DNA of 64,000 nucleotides from Xylographa opegraphella (lineage: Eukaryota). The first letter of the stretch is position 1. Each line of letters starts with the position of its first letter. Positions 22,719 through 35,900 of this stretch are shown here, piece after piece. The stretch spans positions 310,001 to 374,000 of the forward strand of contig JALDZX010000001.1 in the NCBI GenBank assembly GCA_022813865.1, given 5' to 3'. The position numbers were made by a program, and so were the translations under genes. A model generated the notes under the pieces. That model saw nothing but the letters and a program-made list of their open reading frames with translations. It was not told where the DNA came from and did not search any database.

Positions 22719-23411
22719 TTATAATGTCATCCTCGGGCCTTCCTTCACCACCTCTCCCATTTGGGCCACCTCCGGATTCCCCAATTCCACACCGGCATCC
22801 TCCCGCTTTGCCTCCTTGTCCAGTATTCTATCGATAGCCCTTTCTCTATCGACCGCCTCCCCCTCGCTCACCACACCCCCTTCCACTTTCATTGCCTCCT
22901 CATACCCTCCCTCCGACAAACCCATAGCCACCCTTTGCATCCGAAACCGCTCCCTCACCTTCTCCGTCCGCATCAGCCGCCACCTCAGCGCCCAGCCCCC
23001 CATGCCCAACTCCCTCACCCTCCCCGCCTTCTCCCCCAACAAATATTCGTCCAGACCCCCTACTTTATCGATCGTCCGCATCACCCTCGCCTGCACCTTC
23101 ACACGAACGAAGCGGTCCAGCGCGTCCGACCATAGGCGCTGTGAGTGGATGTTCGGGAACCATTTCCGGCGGTTCTTGGTCTCTGTGCGTGACGAGACGG
23201 TGTTGCCGGATTGGGGGCGTGAGGCGCCGTATAAACCGAAGTTTGATTGCTTGTACCAGTGCGAGATACCGTATGGGTACGGGGGGATATTGGCATGTTG
23301 GTGAGCGAGCTGGCTGGCGGCGGGCCGCGCAGAGAGACAAGGAGAGGTGTGAAGGCCGCGGCGGAGGATAGGAGCTGTGAAGGGAGAGGTGGAAGGAGGT
23401 CGGCACGCCAT
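22719..23411 (-). CDS. MRPL24: Mitochondrial ribosomal protein bL28m (L24)
   Basis: PPYPYG..WYKQSNFGLYG..GNTVS..ETKNRRKWFPN..LWSDAL..RTIDKVGGLDEYLLG matches the L28 family. Confidence 0.92.
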   Translation of the reverse strand: MACRPPSTSPFTAPILRRGLHTSPCLSARPAASQLAHQHANIPPYPYGISHWYKQSNFGLYGASRPQSGNTVSSRTETKNRRKWFPNIHSQRLWSDALDRFVRVKVQARVMRTIDKVGGLDEYLLGEKAGRVRELGMGGWALRWRLMRTEKVRERFRMQRVAMGLSEGGYEEAMKVEGGVVSEGEAVDRERAIDRILDKEAKREDAGVELGNPEVAQMGEVVKEGPRMTL

Positions 23412-25711
23412 TGAGGATGTTAGTTTGCGCGAAGGATCAAAGATTGGTCGCTAAAAGCACATAACCCTATAGTTCCTTTGGCATGAGAAGGTTGGGCACA
23501 GTTGATATATTGACTGGGTTTGGCCTCTGTTTGACGAGGATAATAATGTTCGCAATATTTCCGTCTTCAATATGTACCAAGTTGAGACTAGCGTGATATC
23601 AAAGCCAAGACCGACTAAAAGTGGTTGGTTGACGACCTCCCATAATTCATCCCAAAGAAGAGCCTCCTACGAAGTCCGCGTTCCTATGCATTGTTAAGAA
23701 TGACTACTTCCGGAAGATATCATTGTCATTTCGCTCCCAAATGAGAGTATACGGTAGCAGGTAGCATCACCGGGAGCATAATGCAACGAACTATTATCTT
23801 TATAAACGTATAAACGTATCAACAGTGGTGAAAGACCAAACCAACCATATCAATCTCCAGCAAAGGCGCTTTTCGAGCAATCTATCTCGAAAAGTATGCA
23901 GTAAGACTTTTTGAAAATCTAGTTGTGACGCATGCGCATAGCTAGATATCATGATACTGTCCAGAAATGAAGTTCAAGTCGAATGGAGAATCTATTTATT
24001 ACTATTTTTAAAATTGACAAGAACAATCCTTGCGGTTACATGTAGCATCCCAGGCTTTTATAGGGATCTCCCCACGAGAGGATCTGCTTCTCTCCGAATA
24101 TTGACTCTTTACTTTTCAAGGTTGGTTTATATGTTATTATGAGCGAGCAATTCTTTCATCAAGGTGATGTGGGTGTACCGGCACCGGGTCTTCGGACCCT
24201 ATCCCTCAGTAGGTTCAGCAATCATGTGGTACTTCATGTTAGCCAGCTATTTCCCCGGTGTACCAGCCGTTAAAGAGGTAATACACCCTGCAGCTCATCC
24301 CAGCAGGACGGTAGCACAGCCTAGGCAGTACGCCAAAACACCCTGTTGTCAGGCAGCTTGTTCGGTCCAAGGAACTGCTTGTCGTATTTTCGCTCTTCCG
24401 AAGAACTGGATTCAGATCCGGTCGAGGTTGATAGTGAATTCTTACATTGCAGTCACTGTTTGATTTACAACACTCTCATGGAGAAGCATTCATCACTTGG
24501 CATGGTATTCCATGTTAGATTGTCCCTAGGTGTGTGCGCGAAGGTGCTAGCGCCTTGAACAGCAGACATGGTCCTACAAACTGACATTTTGGGTTCCATG
24601 CCTATGTACAATGCTCTGGTACTCTTCGGGATTACCACCTTTTGCTATACTGCGGATGTGTCAGGCCTGGAGTGTCTCTTTCAATTTCGTTCATCTCCTC
24701 TACAAGTCGTCAACTATGACTGCTACTGGCTAATGATTCTATAATGCTACTAGCTCAACTCCGGACTACGCTGGCTATTGGTTGACAAAAGCTTCGCCAA
24801 AGCCATCTGTCTTTATTGTATATACTCTCATGCTGCGGGTTTATCGACTCTACATAAGCCTAATATTGATTGGCCCACCACACCTCCGTCCTCCGGTGAT
24901 TGTGCGAGTCCAGCAGCACATGCTGCTTTCTCGTATTCAACGAAAGGGTCCCTTTTTGTATTACCACATACAGGAACCCTGATACCTTGGAGCCTCTACA
25001 GATCAGTACGAGCCGGAAATCTCTACATGTGGTTGTACAATAGCTCGAAACACGGCGATAAATATGTGCTAAGACAGGGTTTTTAACCCTGCCAAGATTT
25101 GGTGGAAGACCATTGCGAAGTCGTGCGATGGGCTAGGCATCGGATTGTGTGCTTGCTATCCAATCGTTACCACCAGGCGTAGAATCTACTTGCCTGCTGA
25201 GCCTGGTATTCCGACATTGAAGAGAAGAACACGATATTTTGCAATGAGCTCCCCAGTCCGAAGCTTCTGGACGTCCGTCAGACTATGGAAAGCGCTGATT
25301 CCGTTTCAATAAGTACGGAATGGTCGGAAAAGTCCCGAAACAGCAGCTATTGGAAGAGCCACTCACGCCATGTGGCTGTTTTGGCAGAACTTATGCAAGG
25401 TAAATTCGGTGAAGCAGGATAACTGTCTGGGCTAGCTTCGACGCAACTCCAGGAAATATCAGCCGTGTAGCTACGGTTAGATGGAACGACCATGGATAGA
25501 ACTGGCCCGACATCGTCTATTCTTACAGACAGACCGCACTAGGACCTCTCTTGAGCCATGCTAGCAGTGACAGGGTTCCTGGCGAATTCCAATAACCAAT
25601 ATGTACATGCGAACCACGTCCCTCCAATATTGCCTGTCGATGAGGAAGCCCAATACGCTCAACCGCTTCTTCAAAACCCGGTCCGCGTCTCAATCAACCC
25701 CATCCGCCCCC

Positions 25712-26173
25712 CTAAAGTTTCGCCCTCACCCCCGCTCCCCTCACCTCCTTCTCCAGCGCCTCCACCCCCGCCCTCGCGACCTCCTCATCCTGCGCCGGCG
25801 TCCCCGTACTACACCCCACCGCACCCAGCACCTCCCCATTCCTGCTCAGCACAGGCAATCCGCCCCCGATAGTGGTGAAGCGGCCGCCGTTGGAGTTCCC
25901 GATCCCGTACGCGGCGCCGCCGGGCCAGACCATCTCCTTGTACAGGTGGGTGCCTACGCGGTGGCCGGCGGCAGTGAAGGCCTTGTCGATGGCGATGGAG
26001 ATGGAGGTCAGCTTGGCGCCGTCCATGCGCGAGAAGTGCAGCAGGTGCGTGGCGGCGTCGACGATGGCGATGTTCATCGGGACGCCGAGCGCAAGGGCTT
26101 TGGCTTCGCAGGCGGAGGCGGCGAGTTGGGCGCCGGAGAGGGTGAGGGTGGGGAGGGAGCGCGTCGGTGCCAT
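25712..26173 (-). CDS. GlcG/HbpS-family (DUF336) putative heme-binding protein
   Basis: PMNIAIVD..HLLHFSRMDGAKLTSISIAIDKAFTAA..GGGLPV..GAVGCSTGTPAQDEEVA. Confidence 0.88.
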   Translation of the reverse strand: MAPTRSLPTLTLSGAQLAASACEAKALALGVPMNIAIVDAATHLLHFSRMDGAKLTSISIAIDKAFTAAGHRVGTHLYKEMVWPGGAAYGIGNSNGGRFTTIGGGLPVLSRNGEVLGAVGCSTGTPAQDEEVARAGVEALEKEVRGAGVRAKL

Positions 26174-26498
26174 TGGTGGGCGCAGGTGAGCTGATGCGTA
26201 GATGTGGTAATTAGTTGGAGATGGCTGTGGGAGTGCTTCCCAATGCACGATCGGAGGGTCCCACTCGCGAGCCGGAGGGTTGAGTGATGGAAGCCATCGT
26301 GAGAGAGGAGGAACAGCGGGGTCGCCCCTCAAGGCCAAGGCACACAATGCGAAGCTCCTAGCGGGAGATCTCCCGAAAACGTGGCGTCTAGCGGACTGAC
26401 CCGCCTATCACTTTCTCTTAATTCCAATCCACCACGAATCCAGCATCAATAATGCCTCGCCCACAAACACCATAACCTCCCCTCCAGCTTTCCCCACG

Positions 26499-27237
26499 AT
26501 GAGCCACCCCTCCGAGGCCTCTCCTCCTTCCACCGCCGCCATCGCCCTCGCGACCGGCATCCTCTGCGGCATTGGTGGCTACTTCCTCGGGCAAGGCGCC
26601 TCCCTGGGCCTCTTCCGCAGCAGCAGCAGCAGCCAGCGCGGCGGCGCGAAGAGCAGCTGGCCCAACAGCTACGACGTGACCGTGCACCCGGACACCTCAG
26701 ACGAGGAGCTCATGAAGAGCCTGCAGAACGAGGACGCCGACGCCGACTCGGATGCGGACTCGGACGCACAACCACAAAGCGAGCTGCAGAGCTTCGACGG
26801 CAACAAGGAGGAATGCAAGCTGGTACTCGTAGTGCGGACCGATCTAGGCATGGGCAAAGGTCAGTCAGCTGCCCCATTCCAACCCCATCACCCCTCCATA
26901 ACTAACACTCCCCCCCGCCCCACCTGTAGGCAAAATCGCCGCCCAATGCTCACACGCCACGCTCGCCTGCTACAGCCACTTCCTCGCGCACGCGCCGGCG
27001 TCGCCGCTGCTGAAGCGGTGGCAGGCCCTCGGCCAGGCCAAAGTCGCGCTGCAGTGCCGCACCGAGGAGGAGCTGCTGACGCTGCAGGCGCAGGCGCTGA
27101 GCCTGGGCCTGTGCGCGCGCGTCATCCGCGATGCGGGCCGGACGCAGATCGCGAGCGGGAGCGCGACGGTGCTGGGGATTGGGCCGGGCCCGAAGGGGGT
27201 GGTGGATCGGGTGACGGGGGGGTTGAAGTTGTTGTAG
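26499..27237 (+). CDS. PTH2: Peptidyl-tRNA hydrolase 2, intron about 26860-26929
   Basis: N-terminal TM segment, then ECKLVLVVRTDLGMGKG|KIAAQCSHATL and IRDAGRTQIASGSATVLGIGPGP..VDRVTGGLKLL. Confidence 0.93.
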
Positions 27238-27612
27238 GGTGGGGGTGCTGAAGGGGGAGAGAGGGGACGACTTTGGGGGAATACGGGGGAGTCGATTGGG
27301 GGTGGGGGGGGGGGACTGTTGACTTGCACGGTGGTGGGGGTCCGGAGATATGGCTGCTGCCGTGGCGCTGCGGTGCTACTGTGAAATCGTACCACCGTTG
27401 GGCTTGAAGACTCCGCTCGTGACCGGCTCCTGGTGCTTTGAAAGGTCCGACTACCGCTGCTGGAAAAGTCTCCGTGTTCTAAGCGCACTCGTACAGATAT
27501 AAGAATACAAACAGGACATTGCACATTTACCTCCTTCCCATATCCTACAAACCAATTGCTGTGTATACCTCTAACAAAAGTCCACGCCATCCCCCTCGCG
27601 CCACCCCCAAGC

Positions 27613-29774
27613 CTAGTACCTGCGCATGCGAAAACTCTGCATCGCCGCCACGAACGAGCACAGTGCTCCCACCGCCAGACAAACCGCCGTTCCGCTCAAC
27701 CCGCTGCGCACTCCCTCGTCCGGAGCCCCTCCACCGACACCATCGCCCAACTCCTGGCTCGCGCCGGGCTCCAAGATCGAGAACGTAACCATCGCGATGA
27801 AGGTCGCCAGGAACTGCGGGATTGTGGCGAATATATTCCAGATCCCGAGGTAGATGCCCGCCACACCCTCTGCGCCGGAGGTAGTGTCGGTGGAGTCCGT
27901 GGCGGGACGGTCCGAGTCGGAGGAGGTGCGGCTGAGGTGCATGCTGCCCTCCTGTGAGAGGCGGGAGTAGGAGGCATTCGGGTTGGAGGCGGCGGTGAGC
28001 TTGTTGATCTCTTCGCCCATGATGGCGAGTGGGGCCCAGCCATACATGGCCCATGGGCTAAAGAGAGCTGTTAGTGGATGGCGAACGGTGGATATGGGGT
28101 GGCTTACAGGCCGCACAGGGCGACGAGCGCGGTGGCGGAGGAGAAGGAGCGTGTGAAAGGAGCCATGGTCATGGAAACGCCGAATGCCAGTTGAGAGAAT
28201 CCCCACGCCGTAGTGATATCCGGGCGATACCTGCGGAGGGAAGCTATAGTTTGGGAAAGACCAGTTGGTGTGTCTTTAATGGAGGCAAGGGGGTCGTCGT
28301 CGGGAGATTCCACTAGCCAAGGCAAGGCTACGGAGCCTGCGAGCGAGATCAAAGAGAAGAGGAAGAACGCTGCGCCACCTTTACGGGCAAGAGCACCAAC
28401 AGGATCTGTGGCGCCTCTCAGTTCTGCTGCGGTCTTAGCATCTTGACGGTAGTAGGTCTCGCCAACCCATGTTGTGCCATAGACTGTTTACGTTAAACTC
28501 GTGTCCAGAGTGCGCATGGTGGCAGATATACCAAAGAAAGGAGACCATCCTGTCCGCGACGGATAATTTTAGCCACGCACTCAGTGTGGAGAGCTCTTTG
28601 AGTATCACTGACCAATCCAAGACCAGAATGTAATCCAACACACCGCCCTGATCTTCCTCGGAAGATGAAAAGTCGTTTTCAATATGGTTGCAACCATGTG
28701 CAAAGCGCCTGTATGGCCATCATTGCCTCTGGACCTCAGCAATGCGATCAGCGTTCTGCTCTTGATGAGCTCCGTGGTGTTCTTACGCATTAGAGACAAG
28801 CACCCTCTCCTCTACACAATAGCATGTGACTCCGATGCAAAACGTTAGCGTTGCAGACGCGATTACGCAGACCTGCTTGAACTGCGTCGAGCCCAACGTG
28901 GTTCCGAAGATACCCATTAGGTCCAATGTTCCTGCGAAATAACCCAGGACATGACCGAGACCGAGCATCCTGCCAGCTTTTCGCCAAATCAGGAACGTTC
29001 AAATAACGTATCAATGACCCCTACTCACCCCAGGCCGAGCCAAGTTGTTGCTCATGGGCTGGAAGGGTGTCGACGATGAGACTCCGACATGTTGCTTGCA
29101 CTGCATGGCATCAGAAGCACATCCACAGGAATTCATGAGGTACGAAGTATAACTTACCAGCATTGATAGCAAAGTCGACGGCGTAAATGCAGAATATAGC
29201 CAAAGCAACAGTCGCCTTCTTCACCTAGTGTCTGTCAGGGTTGTCCAGACTGTCAGATTCCTTGATGCTCAGGACTAACCAACGCTTCCTTCGAGATAAA
29301 GATCTCTACAACCTCCGAGGCCCACCCGAGGATAAGCAAAAATAAAGCTACCAAAAGAGCACAGAATAACATATATGGCCTCCGGCGGCCCCATCTGAGT
29401 GTCGAAGAGTCGGAAACGATCCCCACGATCGGTTGCACAATCAAACCAGAAAGTGGAGGCGCAATCCACACCAAAGATGTTTGGCTTTTTTCCAGCCCTA
29501 ATTGTAAGAGATACGGAGTGAAATCTATCAGACGATCAGAACGACCAGACACAGGACAGAAGAGAGAAGTTAGAACAAGGGCCGATCATACAAGTCATTT
29601 CAGTTCCCCATGTAAATCTGGATAGCAAAATTAGTAAAGAGTAAAGCTGGTAGGAAACCCCACGTGAAACACTTGCTGAAGACCAATCAAGCAGAAAGTA
29701 AGCATAGCCATCCGATGGGTATTGTTGTAGCCTCGTATTTGGGCCTGACCTTTCCAGGTCGCATGTTGGGCCAT
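27613..29774 (-). CDS. Sucrose/general alpha-glucoside:H+ symporter (SUT1-like, GPH/MFS), multi-exon
   Basis: LTFCLIGLQFTWGTEMT, TPYLLQLGL, VWIAPPLSGLIVQPIVG..SD..WGRRRPY, CWITFWSWIG and AGIYLGIWNIFATIPQFL. The first intron has a GC donor. Confidence 0.9.
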
Positions 29775-30384
29775 GATGCGCCTCAATGCCAGATAGACGA
29801 TATCAAGTCATGTTCCCAAAAATGATGTGCAAGGTCAGGGGCTGACGAATGATACTGTACAGAATTTCATTTTTACAGCCTTTCGAATATGTTCGACGAG
29901 TACAAGCCAGGTTGCATGGAAGTACTTGCGCATTGAGGTTAGTGGCCCAGTGTCGTCAATACAAATCACGTGACCATGTGCTCTGTTTCGCGCAGTGGAT
30001 GTCGTGGAGAGAAGCATTATTGTAACACTTCAGCATTCAAGGTTAGGTTCAAATTCATTATATCATTCTACATATCGCTACATATCGTCCCGAATTCCTA
30101 CGATCTCATCTATTAAAAAGCTGTTCATAACGTGAGACACAGCCGGTGCACGCCAGCAATTGCTTGGCGTGTCTCCCAGGTTGGAATTAGAAGAATGACA
30201 AGTGTAGGGAAGCCACAATCCGAAGAAGTATTCAAGTGTTCCAACTGAAAAAGAACGAAAAGTTGACGGATAGAGAGAAACATTATTTGCCTCGATGTCA
30301 AGGGCTTCCGTGGTCGGACGAGGGTGGCGTCTGTAGTCTAAAGCAGGAATTAGCAAATCGGTCTCTTTGATAGACTTCCTGCTT

Positions 30385-31200
30385 CTAGGAAACTATGAGG
30401 ACGTACTGGACCACTCTATCTTTCGGATGGATCGTGGCTTCGTCCACTTCCAAACCCCTCGGCGTAACATGCCACCGACCTCTGGCTCTCTGTCCCCATT
30501 GATTCCTTTCCGCTTTGGATGTGTCCGTGGCCTTGTTCCAGCAGATGTATTCGGGACTGAAAATTGCTTGCCAATAACGCTCCATAAGATGGCCGGTTTC
30601 TGGGTTGACATGAGCCATATCGCCCGAAAAGAATTCTTGCATGATGAGCTGATAAACACTACGCGGGTGTTGATGTATGTCCTCTTTGCGAACTGCGAAT
30701 AGAGCGCCTGGCTGGAAGCCGACCGAATCCGGCACGGCTTTTCCGGGAAAGAACAGTTGCCAATATTCGGCAGGGGTCCTCGCAGCTTTGACGGAGTTCG
30801 ACATGCTGGACCATTTCTTCCAGCTTGGATATTCGTTCCATGGAATACCATCCCAATGGTCAAACGTCTCTAGGTCGCGATACGGGAAGGTGGTGACCTG
30901 TCCTGGCTGGGTCTTTCGGGCCCGTTCTTGGACCTCGTCAAACGTGATCGAGAAGTGGTCATCGACGTGGCCTTGCAAGAAAAGAGTTACATCGGCGAGG
31001 GTGTCGTAGCGCTCAATAATGTGGTACAGAAAGGTGTGGCCCTCACGACCGATATTGGGGATAGCAATATGTGACTGCGGGGGTGCCGCCTTCTCACCAC
31101 CTTTGCTGTATATGGTACATGTTTTCGCATCCTCTCTGAGCCATGATAGGTCTTCGTTGTAATGGGCGATCACAATCTCCAAGTCTGGCTCGCTGGTCAT
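30385..31200 (-). CDS. DUF3431-family protein
   Basis: Intronless 271 aa, IVIAHYNEDLSWL..IPNIGREGHTFLYHIIERYDTLADVTLFLQG..GALFAV..I..HP..GHLMERYW. Confidence 0.8.
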   Translation of the reverse strand: MTSEPDLEIVIAHYNEDLSWLREDAKTCTIYSKGGEKAAPPQSHIAIPNIGREGHTFLYHIIERYDTLADVTLFLQGHVDDHFSITFDEVQERARKTQPGQVTTFPYRDLETFDHWDGIPWNEYPSWKKWSSMSNSVKAARTPAEYWQLFFPGKAVPDSVGFQPGALFAVRKEDIHQHPRSVYQLIMQEFFSGDMAHVNPETGHLMERYWQAIFSPEYICWNKATDTSKAERNQWGQRARGRWHVTPRGLEVDEATIHPKDRVVQYVLIVS

Positions 31201-31826
31201 CGTGTCAGATATGGAGCGTATCTAGGCATAAACGTAGTATGCTGAGTGGCTTGGCTGAGGTTACATAAAAGGCATTGTGGGTTGGACCGTCTTAAATGCT
31301 TGAAGTGTACCGTCCACGTTGTACGAGGCCATGCACGTCCAGGTACGAAGCAAGCCATGGTGGCTGTATGACTTCAACCTGATGTAATCTTATTGTGGCT
31401 ATTGCTTGCCTACCTATGAGGCTAGAAAACGCGTCGGTTTCGTAAGAGCCTTAAGGGATTCGTATATCTGCAGCGCTGGAAAGGGCCGTCCACGACGGCA
31501 ACAACACCCGAAGCCAATCACCTAGAGGAACGCTCACTTGGGTCCGGGGTGATGTTTGAGGAGTGCCCCTGCGCGTCCCGATAACGAATATTGCGCCATC
31601 TCTGACAGGCTTCAATCACGACCAATGGAAACAGCGCCATGTTTGGCGACTTGGGAAACCAAGATTCGCCCAGCAGAATCCTGCATCAACTTACAGGAGT
31701 AGTAGATCTGTTGAGGACGGTGACGTGTGTGCTTCAGCCTGGGCCCGGGAGTCGCTTTCACATGTCAGGGCGGAGTTGCCGCCGCTTGTGTCACATAGGG
31801 CGGGATTGCGGCTTGCCTTGCCTTCG

Positions 31827-31881
31827 CACAAATAAGAGTTTCTTGGTACGAGCCACAAATAAGAGTTTCTTCGTACGAGCC
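31827..31881. repeat. 27-bp tandem duplication
   Basis: CACAAATAAGAGTTTCTT(G/C)GTACGAGC twice with one mismatch. Confidence 0.85.
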
Positions 31882-32368
31882 AACAGGATTGCCTCGTTCC
31901 CCAGCCATTGCGTTGGACAGCTGGTAGCTACCCGCCCATCTTCCAACGAGCCTCAGTAGCGATAAGGGAACAATGCTATGCACACCATAACGCTACATCC
32001 TGGGTCTATGAAGCACGGAAAGCCAAAGAGTGCCGTTGAGACCACCTATAACTACCCATCGGATTAGCTGTGTTCATTATCAAGAATGTTCAATTCTGAG
32101 AGCACAATCTCAACTCTGCTTTTGGAGGCTAAAAGGTCATGTTACCAGCCAGTCATCAGATTTACACACGAGAACGTGTAAATTGGCAGCAATCTGGGGG
32201 ATTTGCGAGCTGGTCCGGGGTTCTGGTGGCCCGATCAGAATTTTTTAGCCAAATTTGGGTCGTGAAATATGGTATTGCTTAATTGAGGAATGAAGATGAG
32301 ATGCAAAGGGCAACACGCGCCTGGTGGTTGCAAGGCTGCCATGTAGACAGCTATAATAAGCCTAACTC

Positions 32369-33162
32369 CTAGCGAAACTTCGAGTATATCACCCCAATGA
32401 TCAAAAGTACAAGCACAGTGATGATCGCCACCGTTATAATCCGATTCGTAGCCATCCTGTAAGCACCGTCAGCAGCAAGCACCATTCAGGACGGGGAAAT
32501 GGGACGAAGTACCTACGCGCCATGCCCCTCAGCGTCTTGACACTACGGTCCACATATCCTTCACTCTCCAGTATCGTCAACCGTGTATGCTGTATTTGTT
32601 CTCTTTGTAACTGTAAATCTGCCAAGGTCCCCCGGCCGATATCTTCCGTCTCGTTGGCTATCCTCTGACTGTCTCGCAATCGCTGTGAGCTCCGGTCAAG
32701 GCGATCTGTACCAGACAGCAGCTGTTGTCGTTGCTCGAGCTGCTCATCCGTGTTGGGATCGTCGGTATAGCGACTCCCGAAGAGGGCTTTTCGATCTGAG
32801 GAGAGATCTTTCAATTTTCGCTTGCTGGCGTCGATATCGGTTTCGAAGTTTCGAAATCTTTGATTTATCTTGGATCGCGTCGAGGAAGGTATGTTTTGCT
32901 TCTCGATTCGCATTTGATCAAGCTGCGAACATGTGTCAGTGTCCTCGTTAATGATAGAACAGTCAACGGTCGTTGCTATGTCACCACTTACGAGCTCCGT
33001 AGCTTCTTCAAGTGATCGCTCCGCGAGTCTCACTGCAGATTTCCGCGGTTCTCCTGCAAGCTCTGGAATCTGGTCGAGCTTCTGGTTGAGGTCTGCCTGC
33101 ACAAGTTTGAGCTCCGCCTCATAGCTTCCAAAGAGCTCCGACCCAGTATCGGTATCCGCCAT
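32369..33162 (-). CDS. VTI1: Qb-SNARE Vti1, 2 introns
   Basis: LFGSYEAELKLVQADL, EQRQQLLSGTDRLDRSSQRL and C-terminal MATNRIITVAIITVLVLLIIGVIYSKFR TM after splicing. Confidence 0.93.
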
Positions 33163-33799
33163 GATGATTATAACGAAGCAATAATGAAGGTTTGGTGCAG
33201 ATAGATAACAGCGATAGAGTCACGTATGTCAAAGACTCCTTTGCTTGATGGCGTTCTCTCAGATTTGGGCAATGCCGGTCTTGAGTGACGAAATCAGTAC
33301 AGCCGCAACAGCCTCCGGGTCGAACTTAAATCAAGAGGCTGATGTCCTACTGACTTCACGATGGCAGTTTGCAAATATTGTCTTTGGTGCACGAGGTTTA
33401 GAATGATCTAGAGAGCGTAAGGTTGTGAATGCGGCGAGTCGGCGACTCGTGGTCATTGATGGATTCTAACCAATCATGATCAAGCACTCCACAGGTACCG
33501 TAACAGGAACCTCTCACACCATGCAATGAAGTGTCAGGAACCAAAATCAATATTCAGTGCGTTTTATTTAATTTATTTTCGACCTCGCAGAAATATCGCA
33601 AGGCGTGTTTCAACTTTAACATCTATATTGTCTGATGAGCCCGGCCTTACGACCTTTTATACGATACGCGTCATTGACATATGCTACCGTCTATTTCAAG
33701 GGGTGCGGCGTTGTGATATTACTACCATTAATTTTCGAGTAGATTTGGTGTATTCCTGATATTTGGAATATTCTACACAATTCTTTCTTGATTTTTGTA

Positions 33800-35501
33800 A
33801 TGCAGGGACGGAAGAAGGTCGCTGTCGTAGGAAGTGGCTGTTCAGGCCTTGCTGCGGTATGGGCACTGAAACGCACTGAACATGAAGTACACCTTTATGA
33901 AGCTGCCCAGAGGTTGGGTGGACACACTAATACAGTAATCTGGGAGCATAACGGACACAAGACAAACGTTGATAGTGGATTCATAGTCATGAATTCTGCC
34001 ACATATCGTTCGCCACTCCGTATCCATTATTCCTCGTATATGGCTGCTTACTTCTAAGCAGCCAATTTCATCGCGTTTCTGAAAGATATCAATCTTCCCG
34101 CTGTACCTACGGATATGACTTTCGGCGTTTCTCGTGATCAGGGACTATTTGAATGGTCTGGAACATCCCTTTCATCAGTTTTCGCTCAGAAATCGAATAT
34201 CTTCCGCAAGAGGACATGGAGCATGTTGTTCGACATTGTGAGGTTTAATCAATTCGCTCTCGACCTTCTTTCCCAGGCTGAAGAAAGCGAAGAAGATCCA
34301 AGCGGTGCGAACGGGACAACTGCCGGATTTCACAAACCCAGGCATCAAGAGAGTATCGGGGATTACCTGGATCGAGAAGGCTATTCGGAAGCCTTCAGAG
34401 ATGACTATCTGATACCAATGACGGCTGCAGTTTGGAGCACGAGTCCCGATAAATGTTCGTTAGATTTCCCCGCTGTGACTCTCGTGCGTTTCATGTGGAA
34501 TCATCATCTGCTCACCACGGTGAGTGCCCGTCCTACCTGGATGACGATACCAGGAGGCTCTCAGCAGTACATTGATGCTATCATGAGCGACGTTCCCCAG
34601 AGCCGTGTACACTTAGGCGTGGGTATTCAATCGCTGCACTTCAAGGAAAATGGCCAAATTATACTTCGTCGCCAAGACGGACAAGAAGATATTTACGACC
34701 ATGTTATTCTTGCTACCCATGGCGACCAAGCTATGGACATAATCCGAGAGACAGCAACATTCAAAGAGTCAGCAATCATGTCGCAGTTCCAGACGAGCAA
34801 GAATAGTGCTGTGCTTCATTCTGATCTGTCGGTACGTTATGTTACAGCACCGTTTCGAAAAGCCAATGCTGATATGCTCCGAGCTCATGCCTAAACGTTC
34901 TGTTGCGTGGTCATCATGGAATTACATCACGGAATCTTCCTCCTCGGGCGATTCCATATCCTCTGTCTGCCTAACGTATTGGATGAACTTATTGCAACAC
35001 ATCCCAACTGCAATATACGGTCATGTACTGGTAACGCTCAATCCGATCCATCCCCCAGATCCTGAACTCGTTCAAGGGTCATGGACCTACGAACATCCTC
35101 TCTACAATGCCGCCGCCATACGAGCACAGTCGTTACTACCCAGCATCCAGAACACCAGAGGCATCAGTTACGCAGGTGCTTGGACGAAGTACGGCTTTCA
35201 CGAGGACGGCTTTTCGAGCGGTCTGAAAGTAGCAATGGAGCATCTCGGTGCTCCGTTACCTTTTGAGTTTGTCGATAGCACCTTCTCCAGAGGGAGACGA
35301 CCTGTAAGTCAATGGATATGACGCCTGATGTCAGAATTGCCTTCCCCGATCTAACGAAGAAATCAGGTACTTGGATGGAAAGACTATGTTGTAAGGATCT
35401 TCGTTCAACTTATTCAGATATTGATACTACTGGTTGATTTGGGCCTCCATCAAATATCGCCCGGCAAGGCTGGGAAAGGTGGACATCTCAAAGTGATTTG
35501 A
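33800..35501 (+). CDS. Flavin-containing amine-oxidase-like FAD/NAD-binding protein (COG2907-like), 3 introns
   Basis: VAVVGSGCSGL Rossmann motif, RLGGHTNT, VDSGFIVMN, WSSWNY, YEHPLY and YAGAWTKYGFHEDGFSSGL. Confidence 0.88.
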
Positions 35502-35900
35502 TAGACCCTAATAATTATGCTTCGAAATAGAAATTAGCCGTCGTTAAAAAATTATTAATTGTTGAATTGTCGCGATATCCGGGCGCAAAAGCTTTCCTCG
35601 CACCTTACTCGGCTTCTTTTTTGTGCACGTTCGTGTCTTACCATGTATTTACTACCTACAATTGCGGGAGCGCGATTCTCAGGCAGTATGTTTTTCACTT
35701 GGTAGCAATGAGTACAGCAGCCGAATAGATTGAATAAAATCTGTCCAGAGGCAGAAGATCGCGACACCGTCACGGTAATTTGAAGAACCCTTGACAGCAT
35801 TCCAACGACCCTCAAATTAATATACATATCCAAACAAATCCTAGACCTCCTCCAAAAGCGATTCTGTATCAGAAGCAAAGATCCTCCACTTCCCATCAGA

